Positions 1-13,725 of a stretch of 64,000 nt of DNA are shown here, piece after piece. The DNA lies in contig CM119372.1 of NCBI GenBank assembly GCA_051294905.1, positions 37,884,001 through 37,948,000 of the forward strand. The letters run 5' to 3'. Numbering within the stretch: the stretch's first letter is position 1; every line of letters starts with the position of its first letter. The notes below the pieces were generated by a model, which made no database searches, was not told the origin of the DNA, and worked only from the letters and a program-made list of their open reading frames with translations. The translations under genes were made by a program, and so were the position numbers. This DNA comes from Botryllus schlosseri (lineage: Eukaryota).

Positions 1-1299
1 ACAAACAGACCAACAACTATCAGCTGGCGGTAAATCGCGCAATGCGCAAAAACAAATTTCAGTTATGTAATTCGTCAAAAATAAGCATGTGCAATGGTAA
101 AGCACATACCATATTCATATTATAGCGGTTTTCGTGTATAATACGTAATATTTCCTGGCATGGGCTTGGCTCAAGCGTACTTGACCATGACCTAAATCAA
201 AGACAAATGCCGTGGCCCCGCTTCAAGTCACTTCAATTTGGATTCTCATTTTTAAGATCCACAAGGCATGGTCAGTAGTGAGGGTAAGGAACTTTGTTGC
301 AGGCCAATCAGAGAGCGCCACGTCATCCTAATTGCCACGCCCATTTTCATCCCATAAGGGAACATTCATCTGCTACGTCATCTGTGCCACATCATCAAGC
401 GTCACACCTATAGTGCCACATCATCCATCCATTGCTATATCATCGCTGCATTGATTGCCGCATCTTGATACTTTTCTCAGATATTGTATTATGTGTATTT
501 AGAACTAATATCATCCGTCCATATTTTTTAAACTTGATTTTATGTGTACAAGTTACGGTTTCTGCAGTTTCCACATTTTACGACTTATGATTGCTGCGTC
601 AAAACTTACCTTGGCTAGAATCGACAGATTTTCTATTATGTGTATTTAGGACTATGTATTTAAATTCCTATTCAGATTATACATAAATGCGAAAACTATG
701 ATGTCTATGTAAGGTTATATTCTCCGGATAATATTATTAATATCAAAATTCTACACATCATCACTAATTACTTAATATAAAATGCGATTTTGAGCGCTGC
801 GACTTGATAATATGAACCCCTACGCTTCTGATGCATGATTTTTTGTGATAAGGACCTAGGTAACATTCAGAGTCTGCAACGATTGTTTGGATATACATTA
901 TAGCAATACCCACTAAACTATAGGCGGTTATATTACTCTATTGGTCAGAGATAACTCATCCGTCCATATTTTTAAACTTGATTTTATGTATACAAGTTAC
1001 AGTCTCTGCAGCCTCCACATTTTACGACTTATTTTCATTAGACGCAGGCAAGCGATTCTCCAGTTCGGAGCTACGGAAACAAATCACTCGCATGTGCGCG
1101 TTCCGAATAGTCTTGTAGAATTTTCTAAAGTCGTAACAGCTTAGTAGCATATACGCGAATCCCAAGGTGAAAATAATCGAACGAACTATAGCCGTAGGCG
1201 TGCGATTCGCAGGGCTTTATTTGTACAAACTCTATCGATGCCTGTACGCGAACCCCAGCGTTAAAACGATTAGGTCTAATTAACACGACTCTAACATTA

Positions 1300-1475
1300 C
1301 CACATCATCCGCCCATTGCCGCACCTATAGCACACCTATTGCCACATCATCCACCCATTGCCGCACCTATAGCACACCTATTGCCACATCATCCGCCCAT
1401 TGCCGCACCTATAGCACACCTATTGCCACATCATCCGCCCATTGCCGCACCTATAGCACACCTATTGCCACATCA
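1300..1475 (+). repeat. 42-bp minisatellite, 4 full units (mirror copy at 12831-12983)
   Basis: Unit CCACATCATCCGCCCATTGCCGCACCTATAGCACACCTATTG starts at 1300, 1342, 1384, 1426. Confidence 0.95.
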
Positions 1476-3829
1476 CCTGCCACATTCATCTGTGTCACAT
1501 CATCAAGCCCCACACCTATAGTGCCACATCATCCATTGCCACATCATCACCGCATTGATTGCAGCATCTATATGACGCACAGCGCCGCATCAGCCAGCGC
1601 GATGTCGATTGCTGCACCTATGACACTCATTGGCACGTCAAAACTTACCTTAGCTAGATTCGAACCTGGTTTGGATGACTATAATTTCACGTCGCTCACC
1701 ACCAGGCTATTGATAATTCCGATCACTATGTTTTGATAATGACGTGCTTCCGAGAAATAAATAACATTCATTATATGTTAGATGATACTTTTCCTTGATA
1801 TTCTATCATGTGTGTTTAGGACTAATGCAACATCACTATGTTTACGACATGTCTGATTTGAACACACTAATTTTGCGTATCACACCACAAACTGCGCAAG
1901 CCTTCAAAGTTGATAAGTAAACAAGTATTTGCACTCCATCAGAATACTAAAGTAACTTTTCGCGTATATGTACCTGTAGCTAATACTAAAGTGCTTATGA
2001 TTTCAGATTGCTTCAACTTCATGACATTTTCAGTATTAAACAGAAATATAGAACTAGAATACTAACTTTTATTCGTAAATAGCTACTTCTACCTTAATTT
2101 AATGGATTTATCTGAGATCATTGCTTTACTTAATCTCTCCAAAATGTGCATTGTACAAGTACCTCAGCATCGAAACCCTCTGGCTATAACTATCTGGGGG
2201 TATAATTGCAGCAATACTCGAGTACTAATTTAAAAGTAGCTTAGGTATCTAAATGAGCTCTGAGTCGCTGTTATCTCGCATCTGACCATGGAGTTAACAC
2301 CGGTTTTACCTTCGCTCACTGATGAAAAAGATGAAAGTTATTAAAGAAAGCAGATTTGTATGAAAACTCGTTAAATAGAAGTAAAAGTAGCCTTGAAACA
2401 TAACTACTTACTGAAAAATCGTTACGTAGAAGTGGGGTTAGTCTACGAACATAAACACCTACTTACTTTTAAATCTCAACTTGTACTTGTATTCGTACTT
2501 TACCTTTACACGGCGTTTTTGTATAATGTATACTAATTTTAATAAAAATAAACCAAAAGGACAAATATAATTGATCAAATTCATTCATTTATGCAAAAAA
2601 TTGAGAGTCTTGTCGTGATGGTCCGTTTCGAAATGCAAGCGGATGAACTAGACCAAAAGTTTCGAAGATGCGTTTTATAATTGCTCTAGGTGTGAAATAG
2701 ACATCGCACTCTTGCGGGGAAACAACATGAATTCAGTCTTCACACCACAGAAACACAGCCGCTTGGTTAACATCACAAAACCGCAATTGAACTCAAGATT
2801 GCCATACACGGAATCGCTGTTAACGATGTCTGACTGCGGCGTTTCGACGAGTAACGAATTCTCGTATTTAGTATTGATTGTGACACATAGTCAAAACAGC
2901 GACAGTTTTCACAACCCGGTACATACATTGAACCAACTGATGTAAGGTGAAACACTACGTTCGCAGCAAAAAAAAGTTTGCAGGGTATGACCACCACCAA
3001 CATATAGAGTAGTGAGTGAGTAATTAAACTACATACCCCGATTTTACTATATTCCGAGATCCGGATCACGATTCAAGTCTACCTGAGAATCCGAACTACC
3101 CTGTGAAGTTGATATATCAAGTTGTGAACCGTGAAAGGGTTGTAATCTCGGTGAAATAGTGTGCGACACATTTTTCCATAAGTCGAATGCATGTCGGTTC
3201 ATACTAAGACCATTAGGAATTTGCACAATGACAGGTTATTGAAACCGATGCCAAAACTCAGTATAATAGATTGATATTGACCGCGTGTATGTTTGACATA
3301 TATGCAGCATCTTGGATCGGCGGTGGAGCACTGAATGGCACTGCAGAAGTCATCTACTCTCCTAAGCTTGGACTGATCTAGGCTATTGCGCCACTGTGTT
3401 ACGGGTTTAGTGTTCAAGTACTTTATCTTTACACGACGTTTTTTGTAAAATGAATACTAATTTTATTGAAAAAATAAAAAATAAAAAAAGAGCGAAAAAT
3501 TACATTATATCCCGGAACGCAACAAGAAAAATCGTATGAATTTGTAAACTACTTGTTCATGACATAATAATAATTCTACTTGTACACTTTTTCACATTTT
3601 ATAACACTTTAAGTAATACTTAACAGTTTCAGTTTTAAATAAAATACGGAATATAAACTAATCGAAAAATTCGGTAACCAATTTCGCGTAGGCTATGCAT
3701 GCATACAAATGAGGAAAGTTACATCAACGCGTGTTAAAGTAGCTGTATCGAGTTATCGAATGATTTTCTCCTTACATCAAAACAACTAGAATGTATAACT
3801 AAATTAAAAAACGTATCTAAATGAGCTCC

Positions 3830-5780
3830 AGGGCATTGTGATTATGCTGCATACCAAATTTCGTCACACATTTCATGATGGAACAACTTTAAAACTAACG
3901 CAGTTCTATAGCAACTTTTGCCTAAATCTGTTTTCGGTAGCGTGTACATATACATAGTCAGATTTAATAACAGAATTATCATGCTAATATGTGACTCCTC
4001 ACCTTGAAACTTGGTACGTAGTTGTAGGACATTGTGATTATGCAGCATACCAAATTTCCTCACGCATTTCATAATGGAACAACTTTAAAACTAACGCGGT
4101 TCTACATCGACTTTTTGCGTACATCTGTTTTGCGTGGGGGGGCGTATAGCACGTACCTCTACATAGTCAACTTTAACAACGGAATTACCATGCTTAACAT
4201 TGAATCCCAACTCGAAACTTGATACGTAGTTGTAGGACATTATGGTAATGCACCATGCTAAATTTCATCACACATCTAATGATGGAGCACCTTTAAAACT
4301 AACGCAGTCGAATACCGACTTTTACGCATATCTGTTTTGTGCGAACATAGCATATACCTATACATAGTCAATTTTAATAGCAGAATTACCGTGTTAAACA
4401 TTGAATTCCCACCTTGAAAGTTGGTACGCGGTTATAGGAGATTATAACAATGCACCATACCAAATCCCATCACACATTTCATGATCGAACAACTTTAAAA
4501 CTAACGCGGCTCTACATCGACTTTTTGCGTACATCTGTTTTGTGGGAGCGTATAGCACGTAGCCTACCCATACATAGCCAACTTTAATACCGGAATTACC
4601 ATGCTTAACATTGAATCCCAACTCGAAACTTGATACGTAGTTATAGAACATTATGGCAATTCACCATGCTAAATTTCATCACACATCTAATGATGGAACA
4701 CCTTTGAAACTATCGCAGTCGAATACCAACTTTTACGCATATCTGTTTTTCGTGAACATAGCATATACCCATACATAGTCAATTTTAATAACAGAATTAG
4801 CATGCTAAACATTAAATTCTCACCTTGAACGTTGATACGCGGTTGTAGGACATAATAACAATGCACCATACCAAATTTCGTCAGACATTTCATGATGTAA
4901 CACCTTTAAAACCAACGCAGTTCTGTACAGACTTTTGGCTAAATCTGTTTTTCCGTAGCGTAGCACGTACCTATACATAGTCAACTTTAATAACGGATTT
5001 GGCATGTTATTAATCGACTTAGTTTTAAATAAAATACGGAATATAAACTAATCGAAAAATTCGGTAACCAATTTCGCGTAGGCTATGCATGCATACAAAT
5101 GAGGAAAGTTACAACAACGCGTGTTAAAGTAGCTGTATCGAGTTATCGAATGATTTTCTCCTTACATCAAAACAACTAGAATGTATAACTATATTAAAAA
5201 ACGTATCTAAATGAGCTCCAGGGCATTGTGATTATGCTGCATACCAAATTTCGTCAGACATTTCATGATGTAACACCTTTAAAACCAACGCAGTTCTATA
5301 CAGACTTTTGGCTAAATCTGTTTTTCCGTAGCGTAGCACGTACCTATACATAGTCAACTTTAATAACGGATTTAGCATGTTAATAATCGACTCCACACCT
5401 TGAAACTCGGTACGCAGTTGTAAGACATTATGACAATGCATCATGTCAAATTTTGTTACGCATTTCATGATTGAACAACTTTAAAACTAACGCAGTTCCA
5501 TACCGACTTTTGCGAGTGCGTAGCACGTACCTATATGCATACTCAACTTTCATAACGGAATTACCGAGCTAAACATTGAATGCGCAACTTGAAGATTGGT
5601 TCACAGGTGTAGGGCAGTATGACAATGGAACACATCAAATTTCATCACACATTTCATGATGGAACACCTTTAAAACTAACGCAGTTCTATACCAACTTCG
5701 CGTGAATCTGTTTGCGGGAGCGTAGCACGTACCTATGCGTGATCAACTTTAGTGATGGAATTACATATGTAATTAAGTTT
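3830..5780 (+). repeat. Diverged ~200-bp tandem repeat array in the left arm
   Basis: Motifs TTTAAAACTAACGC, CATAGTCAA(C/T)TTTAA, TTGAAACTTGGTACG and ATACCAAATTTC recur at ~200-bp spacing. The array is interrupted by a second copy (~5021-5250) of the block at ~3631-3860. Confidence 0.9.
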
Positions 5781-5837
5781 CAACACTTTTACAATGATTC
5801 GTCTTGCTTCCTATAACACCCCACTCGAGAAAATGCG

Positions 5838-6880
5838 TCGTAGGATATAGATGAAACTAGCACCACTCATCAAGACCGCTGCAAACAGTACATTTCAACA
5901 TTTAGTAGCAGTAAATTTCTAGTAAAGTACAAGACGTGATGATTTCCGAGTGAGTTAAAAAGTAAGTATTGCAGGTATAGTTTACCTGAAAACCGAATAC
6001 TCTGAAATAGAAGTAGATGCAGTGTAAATAGTTAATCACTTAATTAAGTTTAGTGCAAGCAGATAAAACCTATACTTGAGTAGTACAAAATGCACGAGTA
6101 CTTCGCTATCGCCTCCCTCCACGTAATAAGTGTCTACGGTTTAAGACTGCTTTTACCGATACTCGTCGGTTTCAGTTTTAGATAGAATTCGGAAACCAAA
6201 TAATTTCATAAACATAAGCTAATTTAATGAATTTACTCGAATGTACTATGCCGCGCTGATAAGATTAATTATAATATACTTATCATGTTACAGCGATTTT
6301 TCTAGCGTAGAAATGTTTAAAATGTAGTAAGCAGGCCAAATGAAGATATTCGTTGAGCTGAATAAACATAAAAAATACTCTAGACTACTTTATCGGTACT
6401 TTGCAGTTACAGTTTTAGATAAAATTTGTCCCTTTCACTTATAATTACAACTCCTCGCTATCTAAACATGTTTAGAATATATTATTTGCGATGATACGAA
6501 CCCGTGAAGTACTCAAGTTGCTTTTCGTAGGATATAGATGAAACTGACAACACTCACCAAGACCAGTGATCCACTGAAAAAAGTACATTGTAGCAGTAAA
6601 GTCCTACTAAAGTACAAGAAGTAATGATTTCCCAGTTAGTTAAAAAGTAAGTATTGAGGTATAGTTTGCTCGAAAAAGCGAAAAACTCTGAAATAGAACT
6701 AGATGCAGTGTAAATAGGTAATCACTTCATTAAGTATAGCGCAAGCAGGCCGAACCTATACTTAAGTACTGCAAATGTACAAGTACTTCGCTATGTTCTC
6801 CCTCCACGTAAAAAGTGACTAGGTTTTAGAGTACTTTATCGGTACTCGACAGTTTCAGTGTTAGATAAAATTTGGTAAGA
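5838..6880 (+). repeat. Diverged ~350-bp direct duplication (approx. 5838-6190 and 6526-6880) inside the left arm
   Basis: Both blocks start TCGTAGGATATAGATGAAACT and share AAAAGTAAGTATTG, CTCTGAAATAGAA, GTACTTCGCTAT and CCCTCCACGTAA in the same order. Confidence 0.85.
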
Positions 6881-8526
6881 CTTTAAATTTTAAAGTAGTT
6901 TGAGCTTACGTTTGTATCACCTTGACAAGTAACATTATCAGACATGAAAATGATACTATCACCGAATATAGAAGGTAACACGCGTCAATGTGCTTCGGAA
7001 TTCACGAGAAATTGCTTACTAAGAGAAGTATATTGTTGTATACACAATAGTGGAGAGAATATTTAAAATGTAGTAAGCAGGCCGATGGGTATTCGTTTAG
7101 TTGTATAGACATAAAAAACATTCCCGCGCGCTTCTTAGTATTAGGTGGTAGGGTTAGGAAGTGTTTTGTTTAAGAGCGCGCGGGAATGTTTTTTATGTCT
7201 ATACAACTAAACGAATACCCATCGGCCTGCTTACTACATTTTAAATATTCTCTCCACTATTGTGTATACAACAATATACTTCTCTTAGTAAGCAATTTCT
7301 CGTGAATTCCGAAGCACATTGACGCGTGTTAACTTCTATATTCGGTGATAGTATCATTTTCATGTCTGATAATGTTACTTGTCAAGGTGATACAAACGTA
7401 AGCTCAAACTACTTTAAAATTTAAAGTCTTACCAAATTTTATCTGACACTGAAACTGTCGAGTACCGATAAAGTACTCTAAAACCTAGTCACTTTTTACG
7501 TGGAGGGAGAACATAGCGAAGTACTTGTACATTTGCAGTACTTAAGTATAGGTTCGGCCTGCTTGCGCTATACTTAATGAAGTGATTACCTATTTACACC
7601 GCATCTACTTCTATTTCAGAGTTTTTCGCTTTTTCGAGCAAACTATACCTCAATACTTACTTTTTAACTAACTGGGAAATCATTACTTCTTGTACTTTAG
7701 TAGGACTTTACTGCTACAATGTACTTTTTTCAGTGGATCACTGGTCTTGGTGAGTGTTGTCAGTTTCATCTATATCCTACGAAAAGCAACTTGAGTACTT
7801 CACGGGTTCGTATCATCGCAAATAATATATTCTAAACATGTTTAGATAGCGAGGAGTTGTAATTATAAGTGAAAGGGACAAATTTTATCTAAAACTGTAA
7901 CTGCAAAGTACCGATAAAGTAGTCTAGAGTATTTTTTATGTTTATTCAGCTCAACGAATATCTTCATTTGGCCTGCTTACTACATTTTAAACATTTCTAC
8001 GCTAGAAAAATCGCTGTAACATGATAAGTATATTATAATTAATCTTATCAGCGCGGCATAGTACATTCGAGTAAATTCATTAAATTAGCTTATGTTTATG
8101 AAATTATTTGGTTTCCGAATTCTATCTAAACCTGAAACCGAAGAGTATCGGTAAAAGCAGTCTTAAACCGTAGACACTTATTACGTGGAGGGAGGCGATA
8201 GCGAAGTACTCGTGCATTTTGTACTACTCAAGTATAGGTTTTATCTGCTTGCACTAAACTTAATTAAGTGATTAACTATTTACACTGCATCTACTTCTAT
8301 TTCAGAGTATTCGGTTTTCAGGTAAACTATACCTGCAATACTTACTTTTTAACTCACTCGGAAATCATCACGTCTTGTACTTTACTAGAAATTTACTGCT
8401 ACTAAATGTTGAAATGTACTGTTTGCAGCGGTCTTGATGAGTGGTGCTAGTTTCATCTATATCCTACGACGCATTTTCTCGAGTGGGGTGTTATAGGAAG
8501 CAAGACGAATCATTGTAAAAGTGTTG

Positions 8527-10477
8527 AAACTTAATTACATATGTAATTCCATCACTAAAGTTGATCACGCATAGGTACGTGCTACGCTCCCGCAAACAGA
8601 TTCACGCGAAGTTGGTATAGAACTGCGTTAGTTTTAAAGGTGTTCCATCATGAAATGTGTGATGAAATTTGATGTGTTCCATTGTCATACTGCCCTACAC
8701 CTGTGAACCAATCTTCAAGTTGCGCATTCAATGTTTAGCTCGGTAATTCCGTTATGAAAGTTGAGTATGCATATAGGTACGTGCTACGCACTCGCAAAAG
8801 TCGGTATGGAACTGCGTTAGTTTTAAAGTTGTTCAATCATGAAATGCGTAACAAAATTTGACATGGTGCATTGTCATAATGTCTTACAACTGCGTACCGA
8901 GTTTCAAGGTGGGGAGTCGATTATTAACATGCTAAATCCGTTATTAAAGTTGACTATGTATAGGTACGTGCTACGCTACGGAAAAACAGATTTAGCCAAA
9001 AGTCTGTATAGAACTGCGTTGGTTTTAAAGGTGTTACATCATGAAATGTCTGACGAAATTTGGTATGCAGCATAATCACAATGCCCTGGAGCTCATTTAG
9101 ATACGTTTTTTAATATAGTTATACATTCTAGTTGTTTTGATGTAAGGAGAAAATCATTCGATAACTCGATACAGCTACTTTAACACGCGTTGTTGTAACT
9201 TTCCTCATTTGTATGCATGCATAGCCTACGCGAAATTGGTTACCGAATTTTTCGATTAGTTTATATTCCGTATTTTATTTAAAACTAAGTCGATTAATAA
9301 CATGCCAAATCCGTTATTAAAGTTGACTATGTATAGGTACGTGCTACGCTACGGAAAAACAGATTTAGCCAAAAGTCTGTACAAAACTGCGTTGGTTTTA
9401 AAGGTGTTACATCATGAAATGTCTGACGAAATTTGGTATGGTGCATTGTTATTATGTCCTACAACCGCGTATCAACGTTCAAGGTGAGAATTTAATGTTT
9501 AGCATGCTAATTCTGTTATTAAAATTGACTATGTATGGGTATATGCTATGTTCACGAAAAACAGATATGCGTGAAAGTTGGTATTCGACTGCGATAGTTT
9601 CAAAGGTGTTCCATCATTAGATGTGTGATGAAATTTAGCATGGTGAATTGCCATAATGTTCTATAACTACGTATCAAGTTTCGAGTTGGGATTCAATGTT
9701 AAGCATGGTAATTCCGGTATTAAAGTTGGCTATGTATGGGTAGGCTACGTGCTATACGCTCCCACAAAACAGATGTACGCAACAAGTCGATGTAGAGCCG
9801 CGTTAGTTTTAAAGTTGTTCGATCATGAAATGTGTGATGGGATTTGGTATGGTGCATTGTTATAATCTCCTATAACCGCGTACCAACTTTCAAGGTGGGA
9901 ATTCAATGTTTAACACGGTAATTCTGCTATTAAAATTGACTATGTATAGGTATATGCTATGTTCGCGCAAAACAGATATGCGTAAAAGTCGGTATTCGAC
10001 TGCGTTAGTTTTAAAGGTGCTCCATCATTAGATGTGTGATGAAATTTAGCATGGTGCATTACCATAATGTCCTACAACTACGTATCAAGTTTCGAGTTGG
10101 GATTCAATGTTAAGCATGGTAATTCCGTTGTTAAAGTTGACTATGTAGAGGTACGTGCTATACGCCCCCCCACGCAAAACAGATGTACGCAAAAAGTCGA
10201 TGTAGAACCGCGTTAGTTTTAAAGTTGTTCCATTATGAAATGCGTGAGGAAATTTGGTATGCTGCATAATCACAATGTCCTACAACTACGTACCAAGTTT
10301 CAAGGTGAGGAGTCACATATTAGCATGATAATTCTGTTATTAAATCTGACTATGTATATGTACACGCTACCGAAAACAGATTTAGGCAAAAGTTGCTATA
10401 GAACTGCGTTAGTTTTAAAGTTGTTCCATCATGAAATGTGTGATGAAATTTGGTATGCAGCATAATCACAATGCCCT
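8527..10477 (-). repeat. Mirror copy of the ~200-bp tandem repeat array in the right arm
   Basis: Reverse complement of 3830-5780. Confidence 0.9.
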
Positions 10478-13306
10478 GGAGCTCATTTAGATACGTTTTT
10501 TAATTTAGTTATACATTCTAGTTGTTTTGATGTAAGGAGAAAATCATTCGATAACTCGATACAGCTACTTTAACACGCGTTGATGTAACTTTCCTCATTT
10601 GTATGCATGCATAGCCTACGCGAAATTGGTTACCGAATTTTTCGATTAGTTTATATTCCGTATTTTATTTAAAACTGAAACTGTTAAGTATTACTTAAAG
10701 TGTTATAAAATGTGAAAAAGTGTACAAGTAGAATTATTATTATGTCATGAACAAGTAGTTTACAAATTCATACGATTTTTCTTGTTGCGTTCCGGGATAT
10801 AATGTAATTTTTCGCTCTTTTTTTATTTTATTTTTTTCAATAAAATTAGTATTCATTTTACAAAAAACGTCGTGTAAAGATAAAGTACTTGAACACTAAA
10901 CCCGTAACACAGTGGCGCAATAGCCTAGATCAGTCCAAGCTTAGGAGAGTAGATGACTTCTGCAGTGCCATTCAGTGCTCCACCGCTGATCCAAGATGCT
11001 GCATATATGTCAAACATACACGCGGTCAATATCAATCTATTATACTGAGTTTTGGCATCGGTTTCAATAACCTGTCATTGTGCAAATTCCTAATGGTCTT
11101 AGTATGAACCGACATGCATTCGACTTATGGAAAAATGTGTCGCACACTATTTCACCGAGATTACAACCCTTTCACGGTTCACAACTTGATATATCAACTT
11201 CACAGGGTAGTTCGGATTCTCAGGTAGACTTGAATCGTGATCCGGATCTCGGAATATAGTAAAATCGGGGTATGTAGTTTAATTACTCACTCACTACTCT
11301 ATATGTTGGTGGTGGTCATACCCTGCAAACTTTTTTTTGCTGCGAACGTAGTGTTTCACCTTACATCAGTTGGTTCAATGTATGTACCGGGTTGTGAAAA
11401 CTGTCGCTGTTTTGACTATGTGTCACAATCAATACTAAATACGAGAATTCGTTACTCGTCGAAACGCCGCAGTCAGACATCGTTAACAGCGATTCCGTGT
11501 ATGGCAATCTTGAGTTCAATTGCGGTTTTGTGATGTTAACCAAGCGGCTGTGTTTCTGTGGTGTGAAGACTGAATTCATGTTGTTTCCCCGCAAGAGTGC
11601 GATGTCTATTTCACACCTAGAGCAATTATAAAACGCATCTTCGAAACTTTTGGTCTAGTTCATCCGCTTGCATTTCGAAACGGACCATCACGACAAGACT
11701 CTCAATTTTTTGCATAAATGAATGAATTTGATCAATTATATTTGTCCTTTTGGTTTATTTTTAATAAAATTAGTATACATTATACAAAAACGCCGTGTAA
11801 AGGTAAAGTACGAATACAAGTACAAGTTGAGATTTAAAAGTAAGTAGGTGTTTATGTTCGTAGACTAACCCCACTTCTACGTAACGATTTTTCAGTAAGT
11901 AGTTATGTTTCAAGGCTACTTTTACTTCTATTTAACGAGTTTTCATACAAATCTGCTTTCTTTAATAACTTTCATCTTTTTCATCAGTGAGCGAAGGTAA
12001 CACCGGTGTTAACTCCATGGTCAGATGCGAGATAACAGCGACTCAGAGCTCATTTAGATACCTAAGCTACTTTTAAATTAGTACTCGAGTATTGCTGCAA
12101 TTATACCCCCAGATAGTTATAGCCAGAGGGTTTCGATGCTGAGGTACTTGTACAATGCACATTTTGGAGAGATTAAGTAAAGCAATGATCTCAGATAAAT
12201 CCATTAAATTAAGGTAGAAGTAGCTATTTACGAATAAAAGTTAGTATTCTAGTTCTATATTTCTGTTTAATACTGAAAATGTCATGAAGTTGAAGCAATC
12301 TCAAATCATAAGCCCTTTAGTATTAGCTACAGGTACATATACGCGAAAAGCTACTTTAGTATTCTGATGGAGTGCAAATACTTGTTTACTTATCAACTTT
12401 GAAGGCTTGCGCAGTTTGTGGTGTGATACGCAAAATTAGTGTGTTCAAATCAGACATGTCGTAAACATAGTGATGTTGCATTAGTCCTAAACACACATGA
12501 TAGAATATCAAGGAAAAGTATCATCTAACGTATAATGAATGTTATTTATTTCTCGGAAGCACGTCATTATCAAAACATAGTGATCGGAATTATCAATAGC
12601 CTGGTGGTGAGCGACGTGAAATTATAGTCATCCAAACCAGGTTCGATTCTAGCTAAGGTAAGTTTTGACGTGCCAATGAGTGTCATAGGTGCAGCAATCG
12701 ACATCGCGCTGGTTGATGCGGCGCTGTGCGTCATATAGATGCTGCAATCAATGCGGTGATGATGTGGCAATGGATGATGTGGCACTATAGGTGTGGGGCT
12801 TGATGATGTGACACAGATGAATGTGGCAGGTGATGTGGCAATGGGCGGATGATGTGGCAATAGGTGTGCTATAGGTGCGGCAATGGGCGGATGATGTGGC
12901 AATAGGTGTGCTATAGGTGCGGCAATGGGTGGATGATGTGGCAATAGGTGTGCTATAGGTGCGGCAATGGGCGGATGATGTGGTAATGTTAGAGTCGTGT
13001 TAATTAGACCTAATCGTTTTAACGCTGGGGTTCGCGTACAGGCATCGATAGAGTTTGTACAAATAAAGCCCTGCGAATCGCACGCCTACGGCTATAGTTC
13101 GTTCGATTATTTTCACCTTGGGATTCGCGTATATGCTACTAAGCTGTTACGACTTTAGAAAATTCTACAAGACTATTCGGAACGCGCACATGCGAGTGAT
13201 TTGTTTCCGTAGCTCCGAACTGGAGAATCGCTTGCCTGCGTCTAATGAAAATAAGTCGTAAAATGTGGAGGCTGCAGAGACAGTAACTTGTATACATAAA
13301 ATCAAG

Positions 13307-13690
13307 TGTCACGGTGGATTTTTGTCCGTATCAATGGTTCGTTACGCTCGAGTCACCTCGCCGCACGCGAGAAGAATCTGGATCACAAATCATTCTCTTC
13401 AAAAGCGGTCGTGCCGTAAACAGGGTTTTCACGCCGCTTTGAATCTGACTCTAATTAATGTAATTTCTCATTTAGAGTATTTGCCAGCGTATTTTTTAAC
13501 GGTATGATATAGTCTGGGTTGTTTGATCGACATTCTGCAATATACACAACGGGAAACTTATTGTGTCCGGACTTATTAGCCAGTTAATTATACTCATAAG
13601 TCAGTCATTACTCGCAGCGATTGCTCCAGTCCAACTCGCCGTCGAGTTGTAACAGTTCTGTGAAGGACTGAATGTGTCATAACAAGGACA
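13307..13690 (+). repeat. 5' LTR (384 bp)
   Basis: TGTCACGGTGG...AACAAGGACA; direct repeat of 16218-16669. Confidence 0.95.
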
Positions 13691-13725
13691 TAAGTTAAAA
13701 AATACGAGAGCTGACTGACATCGAT

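Larger units (their letters stand above)
274..7137 (+). repeat. Left arm of giant inverted repeat (~6.86 kb)
   Basis: Reverse complement of 7171-17377 minus the LTR insertion. Mirrored ORF pairs have constant coordinate sums of 14306-14307 (e.g. 5232..5468 / 8839..9075; 2773..3069 / 11237..11533). Confidence 0.97.

Noticed and set aside
1339..1736. His/Pro-rich ORFs (also 12570-12944)
   Set aside because: Products of the 42-bp minisatellite, with non-ATG starts.
1300..5780. CRISPR-like array
   Set aside because: Repeats are tandem with no unique spacers, there are no cas genes, and the context is eukaryotic.
7138..7170. True telomeric array
   Set aside because: Fewer than two TTAGGG units; kept only as a motif observation.
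3842..10465. Family of similar 60-80-aa ORFs (MKCV.KFGM...)
   Set aside because: Translations of the ~200-bp satellite and its mirror; frames break between units.
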